Source of the DNA: Marispirochaeta sp. | Lineage (GTDB): Bacteria; Spirochaetota; Spirochaetia; JC444; Marispirochaetaceae | DNA length: 64,000 nucleotides | NCBI GenBank assembly: GCA_963676835.2 | Contig: CAXXFF010000003.1 | Coordinates: 448,001 to 512,000, forward strand | Direction of reading: 5' to 3' | Program-made: the position numbers and the translations under genes | Shown here: one piece after another, positions 9,808 through 19,541 of the stretch | Layout of the letters: each line of letters starts with the position of its first letter | Position numbering within the stretch: the first letter of the stretch is position 1 | Notes under the pieces: model-generated | Told to the model about the DNA's origin: nothing | Seen by the model: only the letters and a program-made list of their open reading frames with translations | Databases searched by the model: none

Positions 9808-10421
9808 GCCTTAGCCTCCTTTTTTTCACCAAGAACGGTTCCTTTCATAATCCAGATAAATATGGCCAGCATAAAGAAAGCTCCCGGAGACATAATCATG
9901 ATTGACCAGTTTGTCCACCAGTCACCCAGTACCTGGTAGCCGAGGACAGTACCGGCACCAAGCAGTTCCCGGAAGAAGGCGATTATGAGCAGAACATAGG
10001 AGTAGCCGATACCGCTGGCGATGCCGTCGATAAGGGAAAGCCCCGGAGTGTTGTTCAGGGCAAAGGCCTCCGCCCGGCCCATGATTATACAGTTGGTTAT
10101 AATCAGTCCGACATAAGGCCCGAGCTGCTGGGAAATCTCCGGCAGATATGCCTTCAGGACTATATCAACAATAATTACATAGGCGGCGATAATCAGTGTT
10201 TCGGCCATCATGCGGACCCTGCCGGGTATGGCTTTACGAAGTATTGAAACGGTAAAACTGGAAAGAGTGGTGGTAAACAACACTCCAAGACTCATGACAA
10301 GGGTGTTGCGGAAATTATTGGTTACCGCAAGGGTTGAACAGATGCCGAGAATCTGGGCGAAAACCGGGTTTTCCGTGCCCAGGGCATCTGCGAAAATCTT
10401 TTTAGCCCGTCCTTTTGCCAT
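9804..10421 (-). CDS. RnfE/NqrD family membrane subunit
   Basis: ENPVFAQILGICSTLAVT and GLIITNCIIMGRAEAFA motifs. Confidence 0.9.
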   Translation of the reverse strand: MAKGRAKKIFADALGTENPVFAQILGICSTLAVTNNFRNTLVMSLGVLFTTTLSSFTVSILRKAIPGRVRMMAETLIIAAYVIIVDIVLKAYLPEISQQLGPYVGLIITNCIIMGRAEAFALNNTPGLSLIDGIASGIGYSYVLLIIAFFRELLGAGTVLGYQVLGDWWTNWSIMIMSPGAFFMLAIFIWIMKGTVLGEKKEAKA

Positions 10422-11032
10422 CAGCGTACCTCCTCAAGCATGGCAGCACCTTTTTCCGGGCTGCCGTTTACAATATCCCGAACATAACGGGAGGTGTATG
10501 TAGCACCGGTGATTCCGTCCACCTCATCGGGTGCGTTATTTTCGGTGCCCTCATCGACAAGCGTAAATGGCGGGACCTTTCCGATAAACTGTGCTTTGAA
10601 CCACTCTTCTTCTATTCGGGCTCCAAGGCCGGGAGTTTCATTCTGCGATATAAACTGAATCCCCGTCATGGTGTGCAGATCTTTCTCGAAACCTATCATG
10701 GAGGTAATCTCTCCCCAGAGGCCGGGACCGGAAAGCCTGAATGCATATTTCTCATCGCCGGATCCATCATAAACAAAAACCGATGGTTTACCGTCCAGTT
10801 CGTATTCGGTTACCGATGAATCAAACATCTGGTTAATGGCTTCATTTTGTTCGGGCACATTTAAACCGAGAGATGCAAGTACAGCTTTTTTAAGAAAAAG
10901 TGTCTCGTTTTCCAGAACGACGTCCTGGGTGGCAATATGTATTCCCGATATGGCTGAAATAAAAACCACCGTTACAAGCACCATAAACAGCACCGGGTAG
11001 ATCCGTTCACTGTAGAATGTCTGCTTTTTCAT
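10421..11032 (-). CDS. RnfG/NqrC family FMN-binding subunit
   Basis: Single N-terminal TM; GLWG, ETPGLG and VDGITGAT flavinylation motif. Confidence 0.9.
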   Translation of the reverse strand: MKKQTFYSERIYPVLFMVLVTVVFISAISGIHIATQDVVLENETLFLKKAVLASLGLNVPEQNEAINQMFDSSVTEYELDGKPSVFVYDGSGDEKYAFRLSGPGLWGEITSMIGFEKDLHTMTGIQFISQNETPGLGARIEEEWFKAQFIGKVPPFTLVDEGTENNAPDEVDGITGATYTSRYVRDIVNGSPEKGAAMLEEVR

Positions 11033-11994
11033 GCGGCAGCCCCTTTTGCTTTCTTCTTTTTGTTCAATTCCACAATTACATAGTTAAGAAGAGGAGCAAA
11101 CATGTTCGCAAGCAGAATTGCAAAGGTAATTCCTTCGGGCCAGATGCTGAAGGTTCGTATCAGCACAGTCATAATGCCGATAAACGCCCCGTATATCCAT
11201 CTGCCCTTATTTGTGGTCTGGGAAGAGGATACGGGATCGGTAGCCATGTACATGATACCGAAGAGAATACTTCCGGAGAACAACGCATACACCGGAGAAA
11301 TTGCCCCGGCAACACCGGAAAAGAAGAGAATGCTCTGCATTCCAAGAAAACCGAGCAGCCCGGGTACAACAATATGCCAGGAGGCTGTCTTCTGGGCCAT
11401 CAGGATCAAACCGGTAATGATTATAAGAATAGCCGAGGTTTCTCCTAACGAGCCGGAGGTATTGCCTAAGAGAAGATTAAGTATGGGAACTCCTTCTCCT
11501 GACGCCAGTTTAACCAGAGGTGTCGCCTTGGTGAGAGCATCTACCGAGGGTGCCCAGGCGGCAAAACCACCAAAGGGGCCGGCGATAGGTTCCGCAAAGC
11601 GGGAAGAGAGGTGATAACCGAAACTGGCATAGATGAATGCCCGTCCGGAGATCGCCGGGTTAAAGATATTTTTTCCAAACCCGCCGAACACCATCTTGCC
11701 GAATACTACACCGAATACAATTCCCACTGCAGCAATCCAGAAGGGAATGGTCGGCGGCAAGGAAAGGGCGAAAAGGAAACTGGTAACAAAGACCGCGGAA
11801 GAGACCTTCCCGTTATTTTTCCTGGCAAAGATATATTCCGCCAGAAAGCCGAAAACATTCACAACAGCCAGAACTGCCAGGGAACGCCACCCGTAGAAAT
11901 AGATGGACGCAACCGCCAGCGGTACCAGCGCGTAGACCACCTTGAGCATAATTGCCTGCTTAAGGATTGGTAAGTTTGTTTTTGCCATAGCCAT
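11029..11994 (-). CDS. RnfD/NqrB family membrane subunit (RnfD length)
   Basis: KMVFGGFGKNIFNPA, DALTKATPL (FMN-Thr), GSLGETS, MATDPVSS; only 321 aa. Confidence 0.9.
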   Translation of the reverse strand: MAMAKTNLPILKQAIMLKVVYALVPLAVASIYFYGWRSLAVLAVVNVFGFLAEYIFARKNNGKVSSAVFVTSFLFALSLPPTIPFWIAAVGIVFGVVFGKMVFGGFGKNIFNPAISGRAFIYASFGYHLSSRFAEPIAGPFGGFAAWAPSVDALTKATPLVKLASGEGVPILNLLLGNTSGSLGETSAILIIITGLILMAQKTASWHIVVPGLLGFLGMQSILFFSGVAGAISPVYALFSGSILFGIMYMATDPVSSSQTTNKGRWIYGAFIGIMTVLIRTFSIWPEGITFAILLANMFAPLLNYVIVELNKKKKAKGAAA

Positions 11995-12001
11995 GCCTTT
12001 T

Positions 12002-12037
12002 ACTATACAAGAGTCTATTGAAAAGTCAATTTCAATA
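12002..12037 (-). promoter_or_regulatory. Promoter of the Rnf/Nqr-like operon with overlapping inverted repeat
   Basis: TTGACT (12029-12024) -16 nt- TATAGT (12007-12002), 7 nt before the ATG; perfect IR TATTGAAA-N6-TTTCAATA (12016-12037) brackets the -35. Confidence 0.6.
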
Positions 12038-12239
12038 AATAATTACTTATTGAATATAGAGTACCACTCCCGGAATCGTCAAAGTTTTTCTGCATATTAT
12101 TTCGTATTTCCTACTTTTATTATTATTTTAATCAGGTTAACAGCATGCGGTAAGACCAATATAGTGGTTTTTGAATTTGCAGTATGTTGACCATTCCACG
12201 ATACTTTATGCGGAATGAGTAAAAATCAAGGAGTGAACC

Positions 12240-12680
12240 GTGACTAAAACAGGATTTATGCAGGAACTTGAGAACCTGCTGGAAGGTTCTCACAGCGCTG
12301 TGCTTGCCACTGTTGGCAAAGACAATAGCCCGACCATGAGATGGATGACCCCTACGGTAGTAAGAGGAAGAACCGGTGCACTCTATGCGGTAACTTCCGG
12401 TAATTTTGCCAAAAGGGAACACCTTGCAAAAAACCCGAAGGTACAGTGGATGGTCCAGAGCCGTTCTCTGGATAAAATACTCACCCTTAACGGACAGGTT
12501 AACGTTATTGAAAATTCAGCAATGAAAGCGGAGGTCCTTGAAGCCATAGGGCCGAGACTGCCGGTTTTCTGGCGGGTAAATCCGGATCCGGACACCCTGG
12601 TGGTATTGGAGACAATTATTGAAGAAGGTTCCATGTTTATTCCCATGAAAGGGATGCGGGACAGCGTCAGTTTTACCTGA
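12240..12680 (+). CDS. Pyridoxamine 5'-phosphate oxidase-like split-barrel flavin-binding protein
   Basis: AVLATVGKDNSPTMRWM...KREHLAKNPKV pattern; GTG start with AGGAG SD. Confidence 0.75.
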   Translation: MTKTGFMQELENLLEGSHSAVLATVGKDNSPTMRWMTPTVVRGRTGALYAVTSGNFAKREHLAKNPKVQWMVQSRSLDKILTLNGQVNVIENSAMKAEVLEAIGPRLPVFWRVNPDPDTLVVLETIIEEGSMFIPMKGMRDSVSFT

Positions 12681-12700
12681 TTTACCTTAAGGAGGATACA

Positions 12701-13681
12701 ATGAGTCTTGTTAAGAAATACGGTAAAGAGAAAACAACAGAGCTTCTCCGGCAGATGATCATGATGCGCCGCTTTGAGGAACGGGCAGGTCAAATGTACG
12801 GTTTAAGGAAAATAGGCGGCTTCTGCCATCTTTACATAGGAGAAGAAGCCGTTGCAGCAGGGACTATCGGCGCCCTGGATATGAAAAAGGATTATGTACT
12901 TGGCGGTTACCGCGATCATGGCCTCGCCCTGGCTGTCGGTATGGATGCAGATTCAATAATGGCCGAACTCTACGGTAAAGCTACGGGCTGCTCAAAAGGA
13001 AAAGGCGGTTCCATGCATATGTATTCCGCCGAAAAGCACATGCTCGGCGGTAACGGCATTGTTGGAAGTCAGATCCCTGTGGGAACCGGCGTTGCCTGGA
13101 AGATAAAATACCTGAAGGAAGACGGTGTTGTTCTCTGTTACTTTGGAGACGGAGCCATCCACCAGGGAGCCTTTCACGAAAGCCTTAATCTGGCAAAGAT
13201 TCACAACCTGCCAATTATCTATATTGTTGAAAACAACCAGTATGGTATGGGAACTGATTTCAAACGGGTCTCCTCTGTTCATGACCTTGCTGAAATGGGC
13301 CATGCCTATAATATTCCCGGAAAACAGCTGAACGGAATGAAAGTAATGGAAGTGTTTGACGAGTTCACCGAGGCCGTTGCAGACATGCGAAAGAATCCTG
13401 CACCCCGTTTTTATGAAATAAAGACCTACCGTTACCGCGGGCACTCCATGAGCGATCCGGCAAAGTACCGAACCGCAGAAGAACTTGAAGAATACAAGCT
13501 GCAGGATCCGATTACTTTTCTCCTGGCAGAAATGCAGGAAGAAAAATTTATTACAGAAGATGAGTACAAGGCTATGGACAACGAAATAAAGGCGGTATGT
13601 GAAAAATCCGTTGAATTCGCCGAAAACAGCCCGGAACCTGAACTCTCAAGCCTGCATGAAGACGTGTTCGTGGAACAATAA
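12701..13681 (+). CDS. pdhA: Pyruvate dehydrogenase E1 alpha
   Basis: GFCHLYIGEEA, YRDHG, GKGGSMH, GDGA...ENNQY TPP motif, YRYRGHSMSDP. Confidence 0.95.
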   Translation: MSLVKKYGKEKTTELLRQMIMMRRFEERAGQMYGLRKIGGFCHLYIGEEAVAAGTIGALDMKKDYVLGGYRDHGLALAVGMDADSIMAELYGKATGCSKGKGGSMHMYSAEKHMLGGNGIVGSQIPVGTGVAWKIKYLKEDGVVLCYFGDGAIHQGAFHESLNLAKIHNLPIIYIVENNQYGMGTDFKRVSSVHDLAEMGHAYNIPGKQLNGMKVMEVFDEFTEAVADMRKNPAPRFYEIKTYRYRGHSMSDPAKYRTAEELEEYKLQDPITFLLAEMQEEKFITEDEYKAMDNEIKAVCEKSVEFAENSPEPELSSLHEDVFVEQ

Positions 13682-13693
13682 GGAGGAAGGTCA

Positions 13694-14680
13694 ATGGCAG
13701 TTATTACCTATAGAGAAGCACTTAGACAGGCAATGGACGAGGAGATGGCCCGGGACGACAGGGTATTCCTCATGGGAGAAGAAGTAGCCCAGTACAATGG
13801 AGCCTACAAGGTGAGTCAGGGCCTGTGGGAAAAATACGGAGATCTGAGGGTTGTGGATACCCCGATTACCGAGGAAGGGTTTACCGGTATGGGTGTGGGA
13901 GCAGCTATGGTCGGACTCCGCCCTATCGTTGAGTGGATGACCTTTAACTTTGCCCTTATGGCCTATGATCAGGTCGTATCCAATGCAGCCAAACAGCGCT
14001 ATATGTCCGGCGGCCAATTTACCATGCCCATGGTTATGCGGGGTCCCAACGGTCCGGCAGAATATCTGGCAGCCCAGCACTCCCAGGCGCTTCAGTCAAT
14101 TTTTGCCCATATTCCGGGCCTCAAGGTTGTACATCCTTCTACCCCCTATGATGCAAAGGGTCTTTTGAAAACAGCAATCCGGGACGATAACCCGGTTATT
14201 TTCCTTGAAGGCGAACTTATGTACGCCTGGAAGGGTGAAGTTCCCGAAGAAGAGTATCTTATACCCTTCGGAAAAGCAGCGGTCAGAAAGGAAGGTACAG
14301 ATATCAGCCTGGTAAGTTACGGCAAACCAACACGGGTTACCCTGGAGGCGGCAGAGAAGCTTTCTTCCCTCGGGGTAGATGCTGAAGTAATTGATCTCCG
14401 CAGCATTCGCCCTCTGGATGAAGAGTCTGTATACGCATCGGTACGCAAAACCCACCGCTGCGTGATAGTCGAAGAGTCATGGCCTTTTGCCTCTGTTGGA
14501 TCGCATCTGGCCTGGCTTATTTCCAGAAACGCCTTTGATTATCTGGATGCCCCGGTTGAGATGGTTGCTTCAGAAGAAGTACCCATGCCCTACAACCACA
14601 AGCTTGAGCTGGCAGCCCAGCCCCAGAGGGACCAGATTGTAGATGCCGCCCGCAGAGTCCTCTATATGGATTCAGAGTAG
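13694..14680 (+). CDS. pdhB: Pyruvate dehydrogenase E1 beta
   Basis: YNGAYKVS, DTPITE, MTFNF, AAQHSQ, IDLRSIRPLD. Confidence 0.95.
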   Translation: MAVITYREALRQAMDEEMARDDRVFLMGEEVAQYNGAYKVSQGLWEKYGDLRVVDTPITEEGFTGMGVGAAMVGLRPIVEWMTFNFALMAYDQVVSNAAKQRYMSGGQFTMPMVMRGPNGPAEYLAAQHSQALQSIFAHIPGLKVVHPSTPYDAKGLLKTAIRDDNPVIFLEGELMYAWKGEVPEEEYLIPFGKAAVRKEGTDISLVSYGKPTRVTLEAAEKLSSLGVDAEVIDLRSIRPLDEESVYASVRKTHRCVIVEESWPFASVGSHLAWLISRNAFDYLDAPVEMVASEEVPMPYNHKLELAAQPQRDQIVDAARRVLYMDSE

Positions 14681-14693
14681 ATAAGGAATAGTT

Positions 14694-16022
<1,329 letters not shown>

Positions 16023-16119
16023 GCCTGGGATACTCAGACTCTCCCCGTTTTTTTGAAGAAAATAATATAGAGATATATTTTGAACGGGGAGATTGAGTAA
16101 AAACGAGAGAGGAAAAAAT

Positions 16120-17523
16120 ATGAACACAGTTACAACGGATCTCGCAGTACTTGGAGCTGGTCCGGGAGGGTACGTGGCGGCCATCCGTGCTGCCCAGCTT
16201 GGCCTTAAAGTAGCCATAATTGAAAAAAATAAACTTGGAGGGGTTTGCCTTAATATCGGCTGTATTCCCTCCAAGGCACTTATTCATCAGGCGGAGATCT
16301 ATTCCCATGCCCTGGAAGCAGAGAACATGGGGATCAAACTCGATTTGAAGGGTTTTAATTACGAAACGGTCTACAAGAAATCCCGCAGTGCCGCAGACAG
16401 GCTCTCCAAGGGCGTAGCGTTTCTTATGAAAAAAAATAAAATCGAGGTAATAGAGGGAACAGGAACCCTCTCGGGACCAGGAAAAATCACGGTGAAATCA
16501 TCATCCGGCGAAGAGATTCTGGTTGAATCCACAAATATTCTTGTAGCAACAGGATCCAGCCCCCGGCAGATCCCAGGCTTTGAGTTCGACGGAAAACAGG
16601 TTTTATCTTCTGATGATGCTTTGATGCTGAAAAAGGTGCCTGAAAGCATGATTATTCTTGGTGCCGGGGCAATAGGCTGTGAGTTTGCCCATGTAATGAA
16701 CACTTTCGGATCCGAAATTTCGATGGTTGAGATGCTGCCTCAGATTCTCCCTACCGAAGACAAGGATACAGCCAAAGTTCTTCATGACAGCTTTAAAAAA
16801 CGGAAAATTTCCATTTTTACCGGGACAAAAGCCCTTGGTTTAAAAAAGACAGCCTCCGGGGTTGAACTTGATATCGAAAAAGAGGGGGGAAAGAAAGAGA
16901 CCCTCAAGGCGGAAAAGCTGCTGGTGGTTGTAGGCAGAGTACCGAATACTGCAGGCATCGGCCTTGAGAATCTGGGAATAGAGACTGACCGGGGATTTAT
17001 TCCGGTAAAAGATTACAACGAAACGAACATTCCAGGCGTTTATGCCATCGGCGATGTTGTCGCGACTCCCCTGCTGGCCCATGTAGCAAGCAAGGAGGGA
17101 GAAATCGCCGTGGAGCATATGGCCGGACATGCCGGTAGAAAGTCGGTGGATCTTACTGCCGTTCCGGGAGCTGTTTATACGGAACCGGAGATCGCCAGCT
17201 TCGGACTAACCAAAGAGAAGGCGATTTTGAAGGGATTTGATGCAGTCGAAGCGGTATTCCCCTACCGGGGTGCCGGCAAAGCGGTTGCCACAGATGCGGC
17301 CGACGGGATTGTGAAGATAGTTTATGCCTCGGACACAAAAGAGATTCTCGGTGCCCATCTTGCGGGAAGCAGGGCTACAGAAATCCTTCATGAACTCCTG
17401 CTGGCGAAAAACAGTGAACTGCTGCCCTATGATGTAGCCGAAATGATTCATGCCCATCCGACCCTTTCTGAAACCGTGATGGAAGCCGCCAAGATAATTG
17501 AAGGCGGCGCAATACATATTTAG
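16120..17523 (+). CDS. lpdA: Dihydrolipoyl dehydrogenase (E3)
   Basis: GAGPGGY, GGVCLNIGCIPSK, HAHPTLSE; ATG 16120 has GAGG upstream. Confidence 0.95.
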   Translation: MNTVTTDLAVLGAGPGGYVAAIRAAQLGLKVAIIEKNKLGGVCLNIGCIPSKALIHQAEIYSHALEAENMGIKLDLKGFNYETVYKKSRSAADRLSKGVAFLMKKNKIEVIEGTGTLSGPGKITVKSSSGEEILVESTNILVATGSSPRQIPGFEFDGKQVLSSDDALMLKKVPESMIILGAGAIGCEFAHVMNTFGSEISMVEMLPQILPTEDKDTAKVLHDSFKKRKISIFTGTKALGLKKTASGVELDIEKEGGKKETLKAEKLLVVVGRVPNTAGIGLENLGIETDRGFIPVKDYNETNIPGVYAIGDVVATPLLAHVASKEGEIAVEHMAGHAGRKSVDLTAVPGAVYTEPEIASFGLTKEKAILKGFDAVEAVFPYRGAGKAVATDAADGIVKIVYASDTKEILGAHLAGSRATEILHELLLAKNSELLPYDVAEMIHAHPTLSETVMEAAKIIEGGAIHI

Positions 17524-17581
17524 TAGCCGTTTACTACTGATATGAGTATATTGGTAAGGAAAATAATAATCAGGAGATACT

Positions 17582-18088
17582 ATGGAACGTTCAGTAACTA
17601 CCATGGCAGGAAATAGCGTAACCCTCGTTGGACCGGAACTCAAAGTAGGAGACAAAGCACCGGATTTTACTGTGCTTGATAACGATCTAAATCCCAAAAC
17701 ACTCAGCGATTTTGCAGGCAAGAAAAAGCTGATCAGTGTTGTGCCCTCTCTGGACACCGGTGTTTGTGATGCGCAGACAAGACGGTTCAATGAAGCAGCT
17801 TCATCCTTCGGTGAAGATGTAGTAGTTCTTACCATCAGCATGGACCTGCCTTTTGCACAGGGTCGCTGGTGCGGAGCAGCCGGAGTAGAAAGAGTGGTAA
17901 CCCTTTCCGACCACAGAGATGCGGACTTCGGTCAGCGTTACGGCCTTTTAATCAAGGAACTGAGACTTCTCAACCGGGCCATATTCATTGTTGATTCTAA
18001 CGATGTGATCCGCTATATTGAGTTAGTAGAAGAAAATACTAACCACCCCGATTATAATGCAGCCCTTGCGGCGGTGATGGAGCTTTAA
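17582..18088 (+). CDS. tpx: Thiol peroxidase
   Basis: [10 protein letters not shown] and [12 protein letters not shown] motifs. Confidence 0.93.
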   Translation: MERSVTTMAGNSVTLVGPELKVGDKAPDFTVLDNDLNPKTLSDFAGKKKLISVVPSLDTGVCDAQTRRFNEAASSFGEDVVVLTISMDLPFAQGRWCGAAGVERVVTLSDHRDADFGQRYGLLIKELRLLNRAIFIVDSNDVIRYIELVEENTNHPDYNAALAAVMEL

Positions 18089-18128
18089 GCAGATCACCCA
18101 CTACTTCATCGGGGAAGAGAGGAAGACT

Positions 18129-19331
18129 ATGATAGCTACTTCTATCCGCGATGATGTCTACGCAATTACCGTTAATGACAGGACCACAGACCTTTTCGAA
18201 GGTCTGTGGCCTATTTCCCAGGAGGGAGTGAGCTATAACTCCTACCTGGTAAAAGATGAAAAAACAGCATTAATTGAGCTTACCAAGGAGTTTAAAACTG
18301 ACGAACTCTTTGACCAGGTAAGCGAAATTAAATCAATTCAGGACATTGATTATCTTATAATCAACCATATGGAGCCCGACCATACGGGAGCCATGAAATC
18401 CCTGCACCTGCTTAATCCAAATCTGACAATTATCTGTACCCCCAAAGCCCGGCCGATGATAGAAAACTATTACGGTATTACGGAAAATATCCGCGAAGTG
18501 GCCGATGGAGAAGAACTTTCTCTGGGAAAAAAGACACTTAAGTTCTTTCATACACCCTTTGTTCACTGGCCGGAAACAATGATGACCTACATTGTTGAAG
18601 AAAAAGTACTCTTCTCCTGTGACGGTTTCGGCGGGTATGGAGCATTAACCGGTGCCATCTTTGACGACCAGATTCAGGATCTTGATTTTTATATAAAAGA
18701 ATCCCTTCGCTACTACACCAACATTGTAGCCAAATTTACAAAACCCGTTCTCAATGCCATAGAAAAGCTTGCAGATATTCCTGTTGAGGTTATTGCTCCC
18801 TCCCACGGACTTCTGTGGCGAAAAGATCCCGGCAAAATTGTAGAGCTGTACAAAAAATGGTCGGAATATGGCACAGGAGACAACGAGGCGGGTGTAACCC
18901 TTCTTTACGGCTCCATGTATGGTAACACCGAAGCGGTAATGAACTATGTTGCAAAAGGACTCTGTTCCGAAGGTGTTCCTGTTCAGATCTTTGATGTAGC
19001 CAGAACCCACATGAGCTACATTCTCCCCTCACTCTGGGTAAACAAGGGTGTAATGATCGGCGCTCCGACCTATGAAGGAAGTCTTTTTCCCGCCATGGGG
19101 CTGGCACTCGAAGAAGCATCAATAAAGCGGGTTCTGAACAAGAAAACCGCCTATTTCGGCAGCTACGGCTGGTCCGGCGGAGCTCTTCGGCAGATCAAGA
19201 AGCTGATTGAACCCATTAAATGGGAAATGGTGGACACCTTCGAATTCGCCGGCGGCCCGGGAGATGCAGAACTTCAAAAAGCCATCGAATTCGGCGCAGC
19301 CTTCGCCCGCATGATCAAAGAAGATCAATAA
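18129..19331 (+). CDS. fprA: Flavodiiron protein (FprA, O2/NO reductase type)
   Basis: NHMEPDH, HWPE, SCDGFG, PSHG diiron ligands; YGSMYGNT and FGSYGWSG flavodoxin motifs. Confidence 0.92.
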   Translation: MIATSIRDDVYAITVNDRTTDLFEGLWPISQEGVSYNSYLVKDEKTALIELTKEFKTDELFDQVSEIKSIQDIDYLIINHMEPDHTGAMKSLHLLNPNLTIICTPKARPMIENYYGITENIREVADGEELSLGKKTLKFFHTPFVHWPETMMTYIVEEKVLFSCDGFGGYGALTGAIFDDQIQDLDFYIKESLRYYTNIVAKFTKPVLNAIEKLADIPVEVIAPSHGLLWRKDPGKIVELYKKWSEYGTGDNEAGVTLLYGSMYGNTEAVMNYVAKGLCSEGVPVQIFDVARTHMSYILPSLWVNKGVMIGAPTYEGSLFPAMGLALEEASIKRVLNKKTAYFGSYGWSGGALRQIKKLIEPIKWEMVDTFEFAGGPGDAELQKAIEFGAAFARMIKEDQ

Positions 19332-19345
19332 AAAGTCTCATATCC

Positions 19346-19526
19346 GCAAAGCCGCCCTATTAGGGCGGCTCCATCAATATCATCAATCCATATTAAATAT
19401 AAATCCCAAAAACCTGCAATACAGCAAAGCCGCCCTATTAGGGCGGCTCCATCAATATCATCAATCCATATAAATATAAATCCCAAAAACCCGCAATACA
19501 GCAAAGCCGCCCTATTAGGGCGGCTC
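19346..19526. repeat. Tandem repeat (78/77 bp period) containing three copies of a 26-bp hairpin, between convergent genes
   Basis: GCAAAGCCGCCCTATTAGGGCGGCTC at 19346, 19424 and 19501; the two intervening segments differ by one indel and one substitution. Confidence 0.95.
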
Positions 19527-19541
19527 AACCAAATTGATTGT

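Noticed and set aside
19346..19526. Possible mini-CRISPR array (three palindromic repeats)
   Set aside because: The spacers are near-identical to each other and no cas genes are in the window; it is a tandem duplication.
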